Source of the DNA: Flavobacteriales bacterium
Lineage (GTDB): Bacteria > Bacteroidota > Bacteroidia > Flavobacteriales_D > Sanyastnellaceae
Direction: 5' to 3'
DNA length: 64,000 nucleotides
NCBI GenBank assembly: GCA_016780385.1
Contig: JADHLY010000001.1
Coordinates: 37,498 to 101,497, forward strand
Shown: positions 9,801-20,820 of the stretch, one piece after another
Layout of the letters: each line of letters opens with the position of its first letter
Numbering within the stretch: the first letter of the stretch is position 1
Position numbers and translations under genes: made by a program
The notes under the pieces: model-generated
Seen by the model: the letters and a program-made list of their open reading frames with translations, nothing else
Told to the model about the DNA's origin: nothing
Database searches by the model: none

Positions 9801-11168
9801 ATGAGAAACGCTGCGTTTATCGCCTTTTGTGCCTTCGCATTGGCCGGCTGCTATGGCGGCCCCGCTGGTGAGTTGGTGGGCGTGTACCCGCGAGAAGATT
9901 GGGTGCAAGTCAATCCCTATGGGATGAACTACATCCATTACGGCTCCTTCACAATGGGCCCCAGCGATCAGGACGTGCCCTACGCCCTGACCGCCAGGTC
10001 CAAGACGGTGACCATTCCCGCCTTTTACATCGACATCCACGAGATCTCGAACAACGAGTACCGTCAGTTTGTGAACTACGTCCGCGACAGCTTGTTCCGC
10101 GACGTGCTTCAGGAAAACGACTTCGAAGAGTACTTCACGACGGAGGATGCCCAAGGACGTGAACTCGACCGCTTCATCAACAAGGGATACATCCTGAATT
10201 GGGAGGAGCCCATTGACTGGGAGAACGAAGACATTTTCGACGCGCTCTACGACGAGTTCTATTACCAAGGTTCTGACCGTTACTACGACCAGAAACAGCT
10301 GGACACCCGGAAACTTAACTTCAAGTATTTCTGGATCAACCTCCAAGCTGCAGCCAATAAAGGCGGTCTTGATTTTGAAATCAATGAGCCCAACCAATTG
10401 GGACAGTTGCACAGTGTCCGCGGACACAGTGACCGCTCACAATTCGTGGTCGAGGAGAACACCAATGTGTATCCCGACACCCTTTGCTGGATGCGCGACT
10501 TCACATACGGCTACAACGAGCCCTTGACGGAGACGTACTTCTGGCACCCCGGTTACGACGACTATCCTGTAGTGGGTGTTACTTGGGGTCAGGCCCGTGC
10601 CTTCAACGCGTGGAGGACACAATTACTCGCCACCTGGAAAAGATCCAACGGTGAAACCATGGTCCAAAAGTTCCGTCTGCCTTCTGAGGCAGAGTGGGAG
10701 TTTGCGGCTCGTGGTGGCTTGGACCTTGCCCCTTTCCCTTGGGGTGGACCCTACATCCGGAATATCTACGGTTGCCCACTGGCCAATTTCAAGCCCATGC
10801 GCGGTGACTACGTGGAAGACGCTGGTTGTCATACCGTACCCATCGAGAGCTACAGTCCGAACGACTACGGACTGTACCAGATGGCCGGTAACGTGGCCGA
10901 GTGGACGAACACGGCTTTCGACGAGACTGTCTATGACTTCAGTCACGACATGAGTCCCGAGTATGAATACCATGCAGCTGCCGACGACCCCCCGAGCCTG
11001 AAGCGGAAGGTCATTCGCGGCGGAAGCTGGAAAGACATCGGATACTTTTGCCAGACAGGTACACGTTCCTTTGAGTACCAAGACACGGCAAAAGCATACA
11101 TCGGTTTCCGCAGCGCCATGAGCTATCTGGGACGCGGTAAGAATGTAGACCCCGAAGACTTTAATTAA
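9801..11168 (+). CDS. gldK: T9SS/gliding lipoprotein GldK (PorK), FGE-sulfatase-like fold
   Basis: The ATG at 9801 gives MRNAAFIAFCAFALAGCYGG (lipobox). NPYGMNYIHYGSFTMGPSDQD...FYIDIHEISNNEYRQFV and the C-terminal VIRGGSWKD match GldK/PorK. Confidence 0.9.
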   Translation: MRNAAFIAFCAFALAGCYGGPAGELVGVYPREDWVQVNPYGMNYIHYGSFTMGPSDQDVPYALTARSKTVTIPAFYIDIHEISNNEYRQFVNYVRDSLFRDVLQENDFEEYFTTEDAQGRELDRFINKGYILNWEEPIDWENEDIFDALYDEFYYQGSDRYYDQKQLDTRKLNFKYFWINLQAAANKGGLDFEINEPNQLGQLHSVRGHSDRSQFVVEENTNVYPDTLCWMRDFTYGYNEPLTETYFWHPGYDDYPVVGVTWGQARAFNAWRTQLLATWKRSNGETMVQKFRLPSEAEWEFAARGGLDLAPFPWGGPYIRNIYGCPLANFKPMRGDYVEDAGCHTVPIESYSPNDYGLYQMAGNVAEWTNTAFDETVYDFSHDMSPEYEYHAAADDPPSLKRKVIRGGSWKDIGYFCQTGTRSFEYQDTAKAYIGFRSAMSYLGRGKNVDPEDFN

Positions 11169-11239
11169 ACCCTCATCATTGGCGGATGCCTGAGCGCATG
11201 AAACCCGCTCCCGCCAGTTAGATCAAAACCTGCAATACC

Positions 11240-12037
11240 ATGGCAAAGAAGACGAACACGAAGAAGAAAAAGAGCGGCGGAATTGGCGGTAAAGCCTGGA
11301 AGTCGTTTATGTCCAAACTGTACGGATGGGGTGCCGCGATCGTCATCGTAGGTGCTTTGTTCAAGATCGAGCACTGGGAAGGCGCTTCCGAAATGCTCAT
11401 CATCGGTCTGGGTACTGAGGCTTTCATCTTCTTCATGTCGGCTTTTGAGCCCCCGCACAAAGACCCCAAGTGGGAATTGGTCTATCCAGAACTCGCTGAC
11501 GAAGACGGTGAAGCAGGTCCAAAAAAGCCCGTTGACCAATTGGACGACATGCTAAAGGATGTGGGCATCGACAATGCCGTGCTCACCAGGTTGGGAGACG
11601 GCATGCGTCACCTGGGCGACCAAGCCAATTCACTGAGTGAAGTGACCGATGCTGCTGCAGCCACTTCTGAATATGGTGGTGCGCTCCGCACCGCCACTGA
11701 AAAGGTCAATGGTCTGACAGACACTTACTCTCAGGTGAGCGAGTCCCTCACAGGTCTCTCCGACAATAAGGAAATGGGACTCGCTGCAGGTGAGCAATTG
11801 CAAAAGATGAACGAAAACCTCGGCAGCCTCAACGGCATGTACGAGGCCCAACTCCAGCAGATGGAGACCAGCCGTCAGTTGTTTGAAGGCATGGGGTCAC
11901 TCGTTCAGAACCTCAACGACAGTGTTGAGGACACTAAGAAATACAAGGAGAACATCGCTGAGCTCTCTTCCAACCTGGAAGCCCTCAATACGGTGTATGC
12001 GAACATGTTGAACGCTATGGGCAGCTCACGCAGCTGA
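11240..12037 (+). CDS. gldL: T9SS/gliding motor protein GldL (PorL)
   Basis: YGWGAAIVIVGALFKIEHWEGASEMLIIGLGTEAFIFFMSAFEPP...WELVYPEL gives two TM helices with a conserved Glu. The C-terminal NTVYANMLNAM is close to F. johnsoniae GldL as I remember it. Confidence 0.9.
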   Translation: MAKKTNTKKKKSGGIGGKAWKSFMSKLYGWGAAIVIVGALFKIEHWEGASEMLIIGLGTEAFIFFMSAFEPPHKDPKWELVYPELADEDGEAGPKKPVDQLDDMLKDVGIDNAVLTRLGDGMRHLGDQANSLSEVTDAAAATSEYGGALRTATEKVNGLTDTYSQVSESLTGLSDNKEMGLAAGEQLQKMNENLGSLNGMYEAQLQQMETSRQLFEGMGSLVQNLNDSVEDTKKYKENIAELSSNLEALNTVYANMLNAMGSSRS

Positions 12038-12065
12038 TCCTCCCCTGACCCTCTCACAATAGATC

Positions 12066-13781
12066 ATGGCAGGAGCGAAGGAAACGCCGCGTCAAAAGAT
12101 GATCGGGATGATGTACCTCGTCCTGACGGCCCTTTTGGCACTCAACATCTCCAAGGAGATTCTAAATGGATTTGTCAAGGTGGAGAAAGGTCTGAGAAAG
12201 ACCGATCAAACCATCCAAAGCAAGTCCAAGGAGACCATGTTGGAATTCGAGGCCAAATACCTCCAAGACCAACAAAAGGTCAAGCCTTACTACGATGCCG
12301 CAAAGGACATCGACCAGAAAGCCAACGCACTTTACGACCACATCACCCAGCTCAAGGCCAACATTTTGGCAGTGGCCAGCGGAGAACGTGAAGTGGTAAA
12401 GTCTGGCGGTGATTTGTCCAAGTACATCGCACAGGACAAACTCTCACGACGCGATACCGTACTCAGCATTGCGCATTTCGAGAAGAAAGACGAGTACCAA
12501 GAGATCACCTCCTATCTCGTAGGTGGTGAACCTGGCGACCCTAAATCTGGTGAGTTCACTGCCAAAGGGTTGAAGGAAAAGCTCGAAAATTTTAGGGACG
12601 AGCTAAAAGACCTGGAGTTCACCGACTTCGTCGGCAATGAATTCAAAGTGTCTCCTGGCCTCAAAGCATCCTTTGACCAAACCTTCGTTTACGAAAAGGA
12701 AATGGAGGACGGCAAGGAAGTGCTGTGGGAAGCGGCGAACTTCTTTGATGTCCCACTCGCTGCGGTCATCCCCATCTTGTCCAAGCTGCAGATTGATGTA
12801 GAGAACGCGAAGTCAAACCTCATGACCGAACTCATGTCCGGCATCGAAGGGAAAAGCTACAAGTTCACCAACCTCATGCCGCTTGTCGTGCCTGAGAGCA
12901 ACTACATTCTGCGCGGAGACAGCTTCCGAGCTGACATTCTTTTGGCGGCTTTTGACGCCACGAACAGCCCGAATATCTACGTCGATGAACGGGAGTTCAA
13001 TGGCCGCGACAGCAGCCTGCTCGCATACGAAGGCAAAGACCCCCTCTCCATTGAAGGTGGATTGGGTAAGCTGCGCATCTCCACCAAAGGGATGTCCTTG
13101 GGAGAACGCAACTACAAAGGTCTGATTCGCTTCCAGGGTCCCGATGGAAACGTAGGAGACTACCCGTTCTACACACCAGAATTTACGGTGGCCGAGCCCG
13201 CACTCGTTGTGAGCCCGACCAAGATGAACGTGTTCTACCGCGGCGTACCCAACCCCGTAGAGATTTCTGTTCCCGGTGTCAGCAGCGACAAGCTCGACGT
13301 CCGCATCACAGGCGGCCACAAAATCAAGGCCGACGGGGAAACTTTCATCGTCGAACCTGGAGCAGGTGCAGATGCCGAAATTGTGGTGTCTGCCACCCTT
13401 CCCGACGGGAGCAAGAAATCTATGCCAGGCCGGGAGTTTCGCGTAAAGCGGATTCCAGACCCTTCTCCCCGTTTTGCGGGAAAGAGTCCCTCTGACAAAA
13501 CCATCACCAAGGTGTTGCTCGAGAATGCGCCCTCCGTGGGTGCGCTCATGGAGAACTTCGACTTTGACGTTGAAGTGCGGGTGAAGCGCTTCAATGTGAC
13601 CGTCACCAAAGGCGGCACCTTCGTAGAACAGAGCAGCAATTCCAACATGGTGACTGCCAACATGAAAGAGCTCTTCCGCTCCGTTGGCCGTGGCTCAGTT
13701 GTGTATATTGAAGACATCGTCGTGTCCATGCCTGACGGCACGGAGCGCGCGTTGCCGACCATGAAACTCAAAGTGATTTAA
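12066..13781 (+). CDS. gldM: T9SS/gliding motor protein GldM (PorM)
   Basis: MAGAKETPRQKMIGMMYLVLTALLALNISKE (conserved GldM N-terminus/TM), KMNVFYRGVPNPVEISVPGV and FRVKRIPDP motifs. Confidence 0.9.
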   Translation: MAGAKETPRQKMIGMMYLVLTALLALNISKEILNGFVKVEKGLRKTDQTIQSKSKETMLEFEAKYLQDQQKVKPYYDAAKDIDQKANALYDHITQLKANILAVASGEREVVKSGGDLSKYIAQDKLSRRDTVLSIAHFEKKDEYQEITSYLVGGEPGDPKSGEFTAKGLKEKLENFRDELKDLEFTDFVGNEFKVSPGLKASFDQTFVYEKEMEDGKEVLWEAANFFDVPLAAVIPILSKLQIDVENAKSNLMTELMSGIEGKSYKFTNLMPLVVPESNYILRGDSFRADILLAAFDATNSPNIYVDEREFNGRDSSLLAYEGKDPLSIEGGLGKLRISTKGMSLGERNYKGLIRFQGPDGNVGDYPFYTPEFTVAEPALVVSPTKMNVFYRGVPNPVEISVPGVSSDKLDVRITGGHKIKADGETFIVEPGAGADAEIVVSATLPDGSKKSMPGREFRVKRIPDPSPRFAGKSPSDKTITKVLLENAPSVGALMENFDFDVEVRVKRFNVTVTKGGTFVEQSSNSNMVTANMKELFRSVGRGSVVYIEDIVVSMPDGTERALPTMKLKVI

Positions 13782-13783
13782 TC

Positions 13784-14644
13784 ATGATGAAGACCGTTCG
13801 ACATCTCATGCTCGTGGCGCTGACCGCTTTGGTCTGCACCCCGATCAACGCCCAGGTCCAAACCGTCCTTGACGGTGCCTACGTCAAGGAAACCAACTTG
13901 ACCAAGCGCGTGATTCCCTACCCCCACCTTCGGGAGGCTGATGTGATGTACGTGCGGCGCATCTGGCAAGACATTGACCTTCGTCAAAAGATCAATCAAA
14001 TGTTCTACTTCCCGGTGGACCCCATCGAGGACCGCAAGAACCTCTTCGATGTGATCCGCTACGCCTTGGAGGTGGAAGGCTCATTGACCGCTTATGGTAC
14101 TGGACCTGCCGGTAAAGACGACGAGTTCCGTTACCCACTGAGCCCAAGTCAAGTGGACTCCATGCTCAACCCGACCGTCATCATTCCTCAGTTCGATCCG
14201 GTCACCGGTGAAGTCATCGGCTCCATGGAGGCCAAGACCAGCATCAACAGCCAGGACATCGTTCGCTACCGTGTGAAGGAGGATTGGGTATGGGACCGCC
14301 AGCGCAGCACCCGCCACATCCGCATCATTGGATTGGCCCCCATCATCGAGAAGAAAGACGACGAGGGGAACTCTCAAGGTTTGGCACCGCTCTTTTGGTT
14401 GTACTACCCAGAGTGCCGTTATGTGTTCGCCAATGCTGAATGCTACAACTACGAGAACGACGCCCAGCGCCGCACGTTTGAGGAAATCTTCCAAAAGCGT
14501 TATTTCTCGAGTTACATCATCAAGGAGACCAATGTCTTCGACCGTTCGATCTCGGACTATGCCCAAGGGCTTGATGCACTGCTCGAATCCGAACGCATCA
14601 AGGACGAGCTCTTCACGATTGAGCACGACCTTTGGCATTACTGA
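13784..14644 (+). CDS. gldN: T9SS/gliding periplasmic ring protein GldN (PorN)
   Basis: Signal peptide, then LDGAYVKETNLTKRVIPYPHLREADVMYVRRIWQDIDLRQKIN, the conserved GldN core. 2-nt gap after gldM. Confidence 0.9.
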   Translation: MMKTVRHLMLVALTALVCTPINAQVQTVLDGAYVKETNLTKRVIPYPHLREADVMYVRRIWQDIDLRQKINQMFYFPVDPIEDRKNLFDVIRYALEVEGSLTAYGTGPAGKDDEFRYPLSPSQVDSMLNPTVIIPQFDPVTGEVIGSMEAKTSINSQDIVRYRVKEDWVWDRQRSTRHIRIIGLAPIIEKKDDEGNSQGLAPLFWLYYPECRYVFANAECYNYENDAQRRTFEEIFQKRYFSSYIIKETNVFDRSISDYAQGLDALLESERIKDELFTIEHDLWHY

Positions 14645-14668
14645 TCCTCAAAGGACAATCCCACTTCG

Positions 14669-14696
14669 AAAACGCCCACCTTTGTGGGCGTTTTTG
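14669..14696 (+). terminator. Rho-independent terminator of the porP-gldKLMN operon
   Basis: AAAACGCCCAC-CTTT-GTGGGCGTTTTTG: perfect GC-rich stem with a T-run, 25 nt after the gldN stop. Confidence 0.85.
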
Positions 14697-14713
14697 TTAC
14701 CCCTGCTCTCGCC

Positions 14714-16690
<1,977 letters not shown>

Positions 16691-16760
16691 CCAAAAGGTT
16701 GCATCGCGCGGAGCACTTAATTTCGTAACCAAGCACCGATGTCTGATTGCGACAGTCTTC

Positions 16761-17288
16761 ATGCTGAGCATCCTCGACCTCAGTGGCCAGCAAGACCTGC
16801 CCATTACCCTATCAACGGAAGTCTCCACCACATACTACACCAACGGCACCAGCCAATCGCGCAGCCGGATGTTCTTCCAGCTGGCCGGCGAATCGCCGCA
16901 ACGCATGGGCTTTCTCTGCCGCAGGATGGGCCGGCACCTGAGCGAAGCCGATGCCGTCCAGTCAGAATTTAAGTCCTTCCAAACCCTTGCCGGCATCAGC
17001 CAGGCGCTGGCCCTGGCGACCTCTGCCACCCTCCTCTCGGCCATCTTCAGCGATCCAACCGATGAAATCACGGGGGAGGAAAAAGGATGGTTCCAAGTGT
17101 ACCAATGGCCCATCTACTGCGGTGTCGGTTACTTGGCCACCGGCTACATCGCCTCCAATAAACTGACCAAAACCGTAGAACTTCATAACGGCTTGATTGG
17201 TGACGCCACCCATCCTGTTTTCATAGACTTCCAACCCGTGACCCTGAACCCGTCCGCGATCGGCCCCGGTGTTCGCATCCGTTTCTAA
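16761..17288 (+). CDS. Hypothetical membrane protein (175 aa, two hydrophobic helices)
   Basis: Strong GC3 coding bias. Helices LAGISQALALATSATLLSAIF and WPIYCGVGYLATGYIAS. No in-frame ATG/GTG/TTG upstream before a stop at 16665. First gene of a tightly packed trio. Confidence 0.55.
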   Translation: MLSILDLSGQQDLPITLSTEVSTTYYTNGTSQSRSRMFFQLAGESPQRMGFLCRRMGRHLSEADAVQSEFKSFQTLAGISQALALATSATLLSAIFSDPTDEITGEEKGWFQVYQWPIYCGVGYLATGYIASNKLTKTVELHNGLIGDATHPVFIDFQPVTLNPSAIGPGVRIRF

Positions 17289-17290
17289 AC

Positions 17291-18142
17291 ATGAATCGCC
17301 TTTTCCTCTTCCTTGCCTTAATTTCATTGGGCTTCTACTCCACCACCCAACGTCAAGTGGCCACTTTCGACGACGGAACCGAAGTTGAATATGAGGTCGT
17401 CTCCGACAATTCCGAAGACATCAAATCGCTGTGGATGTCCTGGGGCGGCACCTTCAACGGCAGCATGCACGGCTTGGGATTCGATTATTGGATTCCCGGC
17501 AAGGCCAAGCTGGACCTTTCGACCAGCATCCTCGGAATGTCGCTGCTCGCTCCCGATGAAGACAGCCTCTACGTGGACGGCACCAAGCCGGCCTTCCGGC
17601 CATGGCGGCTGCGCGGCCATTACGTCCTGAGCAGCAAGGTCAAGACCAAGGAAAACAAGATCAGCCTGAAGAGTGTGGACAGCGGTGCCAATGAGCGCAC
17701 CGTCTACGTGACCAACTACGACCTGCCGCGCACCACCTACTACTGCCTCCATGGCGGTGTGGGATACCAGATCAACGGTGGTGTGAGCTACGGTGAAATC
17801 GCCATTGGCGCCAGCCTCATGCGCGCCCGCAACCTCGACCTGCAACTCTTTACGGGGGGCAAGCGCGGCGCCAAGCAACAGCGCGGCAGCTCCTTCATGG
17901 AAGTGTATGCAGACCTGCTGCTGTTCACCAATGCCGCTCCTTTCCTCCAAGAGTACGCGACAGAGCTTTCGGAGGACGGCGTGGACGCCCGGCCCATCGG
18001 ACTTGAAGTCGCTTGGCGCGGCATGACCACCGCCGGCGCCAAAGCCGGCTTCGGTGTATTCGACAAGCTCGGAGCCGGAGTTGGACCGTACGCGGCCTAC
18101 GTCGTTGGTGGATTCGGCTTCATGTTCGGCCTCGCAGAATGA
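17291..18142 (+). CDS. Hypothetical exported protein (283 aa)
   Basis: Signal peptide MNRLFLFLALISLGFYSTTQ and a Gly-rich hydrophobic C-terminus GVGPYAAYVVGGFGFMFGLAE. Starts 2 nt after the previous stop; its stop overlaps the next start (ATGA). Confidence 0.6.
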   Translation: MNRLFLFLALISLGFYSTTQRQVATFDDGTEVEYEVVSDNSEDIKSLWMSWGGTFNGSMHGLGFDYWIPGKAKLDLSTSILGMSLLAPDEDSLYVDGTKPAFRPWRLRGHYVLSSKVKTKENKISLKSVDSGANERTVYVTNYDLPRTTYYCLHGGVGYQINGGVSYGEIAIGASLMRARNLDLQLFTGGKRGAKQQRGSSFMEVYADLLLFTNAAPFLQEYATELSEDGVDARPIGLEVAWRGMTTAGAKAGFGVFDKLGAGVGPYAAYVVGGFGFMFGLAE

Positions 18143-19761
18143 CCGTCTTCTCGGCACGGATCCTTCCTTTCATCCTGATCCTCATCCTTGCCGCAGCGAG
18201 CACGGGATGTTCCGTACTGAATTTCACCACAGATATGGACGTGGTGACCACCTCGGAGCTGGACAGCGTGCGCGTCTACCAAGATGGAGGGCTGACCTCG
18301 GACGGGGTCAACTGGATCGAACGGGGAATGGATTCGGTCCAATTGGCCCTCGCCAATACAGAGCCCTACCACCTGGTGCGCTTCGAGCGCGACGGACACC
18401 TGCCCGACGTCGTGCCCGTGCTCCCTTCCCGCCGCAACCCGCTCAAATGGCTTGATGCGGGGCTGACCCTGGCCGGCATCGCTTGCATCGCAGCGGGCAT
18501 TCCAGGAGACCAGACCGGCCTGATCGGCGGCGGCTTCTTCACCGCGTTCTACAATGGCCTCGGCCTGCTGTTCCCCCCGAAAAAAGTCTATGGAAAGCGA
18601 CTAGACGGCCCCAATCTGACTTCCCTACCTGTGCATGCCGAAGGACAACCAATGGTGGACATGCACACCGTCGACTTGGCCATCGATTCGGGCCGGTATG
18701 AATGGACGTATTATGAAGACTTCAACGCTTACCTCGAGGGTCGTGACAACTACGTGAGCGGCGATGAGGACGAAGTCAAACTCGAGAACAGCAACCTCGA
18801 TGCCGCACCCCGAGAACTGCTCATTGACCAGGGCTTCCTTCCCGAATCACGCACCCTCTTTGACGACATTGAGCAGAGCGAATTGTCATGCTCCATCGAG
18901 CACGTCATGGAACACCGGGCCGGCGGCATGTTGCGGTACGACGTGGGCATGGCATGGGCCATCCACAACCCCTATGCTATGGACACCGACACGGTGCGCA
19001 TGACGACATCCTCGACCTGGAGCGGCTTTGTCATCGGCGAAGGACTTCGGCGCGACCTCCTCAACGATTGCGTCTCCCGCGGCCTCGTCCGTGTCCTCCA
19101 GGGGAAAACTGACCTACAGTGGGAAGCAGAAGCCTTACGGGATGTTGAAGCGGAATGGAAAACAAAGTGGGATACCCTCTCCTTCCATCCCGACTTCGGC
19201 GGCAAGCGGCGCATCAGCGAAACTTTGGACGCTGTGGTGACCATCACGTCCGAGAACGGCCACGGCAGCGGGTGCATCCTCGCTTCCGAGGGCTGGATTG
19301 TGACCAACCACCACGTTGTGGACGACACCACGGCCCAGTATGACGTGCACTTTGCAGATGGCAGCTCGTTGCCTGCCGACATCGTGCGCTGGGATCCCGT
19401 GGTCGATGTGGCCCTGCTCAAGGTCGACACCACAGGGCTGTCCACGCTAGCCTTGCGGACGGTGGACAATCCAATCGACATCAGCGATGCCGTGTATGCC
19501 GTGGGCACGCCCTACGACCAAGGCCTCGACGCCACCGTCACCCGCGGCATCATTTCCAGCCGGCGCGGCAAAGGGATGCTGCAGCGCCTCCAGACGGACG
19601 TCCCCATCTCGCCCGGCAACAGCGGCGGGGCGCTGCTCGATGAAGATGGCCGTTGGATCGGGGTGGTCAACGCCAAATTGGTCGCTTTTGAGGTCGACGG
19701 CATTGGCTTCGCGATTCCGGTGGAGGCCCTACCCCGGGCCCTCAGACTTGAGCTCGATTGA
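18139..19761 (+). CDS. Lipoprotein with membrane segments and C-terminal trypsin-like (S1/HtrA-like, PDZ-less) serine protease domain
   Basis: The ATG at 18139 gives MTVFSARILPFILILILAAASTGC (lipobox). Catalytic triad contexts: GSGCILASEGWIVTNHHVV (His), DVALLKVD (Asp), PGNSGGALLDEDGRWIGV (Ser). The upstream 42 codons of the track ORF overlap the previous gene. Confidence 0.8.
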   Translation: MTVFSARILPFILILILAAASTGCSVLNFTTDMDVVTTSELDSVRVYQDGGLTSDGVNWIERGMDSVQLALANTEPYHLVRFERDGHLPDVVPVLPSRRNPLKWLDAGLTLAGIACIAAGIPGDQTGLIGGGFFTAFYNGLGLLFPPKKVYGKRLDGPNLTSLPVHAEGQPMVDMHTVDLAIDSGRYEWTYYEDFNAYLEGRDNYVSGDEDEVKLENSNLDAAPRELLIDQGFLPESRTLFDDIEQSELSCSIEHVMEHRAGGMLRYDVGMAWAIHNPYAMDTDTVRMTTSSTWSGFVIGEGLRRDLLNDCVSRGLVRVLQGKTDLQWEAEALRDVEAEWKTKWDTLSFHPDFGGKRRISETLDAVVTITSENGHGSGCILASEGWIVTNHHVVDDTTAQYDVHFADGSSLPADIVRWDPVVDVALLKVDTTGLSTLALRTVDNPIDISDAVYAVGTPYDQGLDATVTRGIISSRRGKGMLQRLQTDVPISPGNSGGALLDEDGRWIGVVNAKLVAFEVDGIGFAIPVEALPRALRLELD

Positions 19762-20820
19762 TCAGGGTGCGGTGGTGGCGCCCAGGTAGCGGCGCCAACG
19801 GTCGAGCACCGTCGTCATGTCCTCCGGTAGGTCACTCTCGAACTGCTTGAACGCTCCGGTTCCTGGGTGGGTAAAGCCCAGGGACTTCGCGTGAAGCGCT
19901 TGTCGGGGCAAAATCTCGAAGCTGTTTTGGACAAACTGGTTGTACTTGCCGCTGGGAAGGCCCTTGACAATTTGGGCGCCCCCATAGGTCTTGTCTCCAA
20001 AAAGTGGGTGCCCGATGTATTGCATGTGCACGCGAATCTGATGGGTGCGCCCTGTCTCGAGTTTGCACTCCACGAGGGTGACCGGCCCTAGGCGTTCCAA
20101 CACGCGGTAGTGCGTGACGGCATGCTTGCCTTCTTCTCCATCGGCGAACACGGCCTGCACCTTGCGGTCCTTGTAGGACCGACCAATGTGTCCTTCTACC
20201 GTGCCGTCCTCAGCGACATCGCCCCATACCAAGGCGTGGTAGCGGCGCTCTGTGGTCCGCTCAAAGAACTGCTCGCTCAAACTGACCATGGCGTTTTCCG
20301 TCTTGCCGATCACCATCAAACCCGTGGTATCCTTGTCCAGACGATGCACCAATCCCGGCCGCGGGGCCGGTTGACCTTCTGCCACAGGCAGCTTTGCAAA
20401 GTGGTGCAACAGGCCATTGACCAAAGTGCCGGTGTAATTGCCCACCCCAGGATGAACGACCAGCCCGGCCGGTTTGTGGATGAGGGCCACCTCGGTGTCC
20501 TCGTAGCGGATATCCAACGGAATGTCCTCAGCCAGCAATTCGAACTCGTGCACTGGCTGGGGCAACTCAAGGGTTACAATGTCCGCGGGACGCACCTTGT
20601 AGTTGGACTTGACGGCAGCACCATTGACCCGCACATACCCGCTCTTGGCCGCCATTTGCAGGCGGCTTCGGGACGTGTTGGGCAACAGGTTGGTCAGGAA
20701 TTTGTCGACGCGCAATAGCGCCTGGCCCTTGTCGGCCACAATCCTGTGGTGCTCAAACAACTCATCGCCGTCCTGTTGGGCAGCGGAATCTTGGGGCTCG
20801 GTGGATTCCAAAGCGCTCAA
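19762..20820 (-). CDS. rluD: RluA/RluD-family 23S rRNA pseudouridine synthase with S4 domain
   Basis: S4 region RVDKFLTNLLPNTSRSRLQ and catalytic motif LVHRLDKDTTGLMV. Start is uncertain. The track ATG at 20937 would overlap the upstream gene by 120 nt. I prefer the TTG at 20820 (TTGA overlap with the upstream stop), giving LSALESTEPQD... and a typical length of about 352 aa. Confidence 0.85.
   Translation of the reverse strand: MSALESTEPQDSAAQQDGDELFEHHRIVADKGQALLRVDKFLTNLLPNTSRSRLQMAAKSGYVRVNGAAVKSNYKVRPADIVTLELPQPVHEFELLAEDIPLDIRYEDTEVALIHKPAGLVVHPGVGNYTGTLVNGLLHHFAKLPVAEGQPAPRPGLVHRLDKDTTGLMVIGKTENAMVSLSEQFFERTTERRYHALVWGDVAEDGTVEGHIGRSYKDRKVQAVFADGEEGKHAVTHYRVLERLGPVTLVECKLETGRTHQIRVHMQYIGHPLFGDKTYGGAQIVKGLPSGKYNQFVQNSFEILPRQALHAKSLGFTHPGTGAFKQFESDLPEDMTTVLDRWRRYLGATTAP

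Noticed and set aside
14382-14398. TGGCAC-cgctc-TTTTGG, a sigma-54 -24/-12-like string
   Set aside because: It lies inside the gldN coding sequence. The -12 element is TTTTGG rather than TTGC, and no gene start follows.
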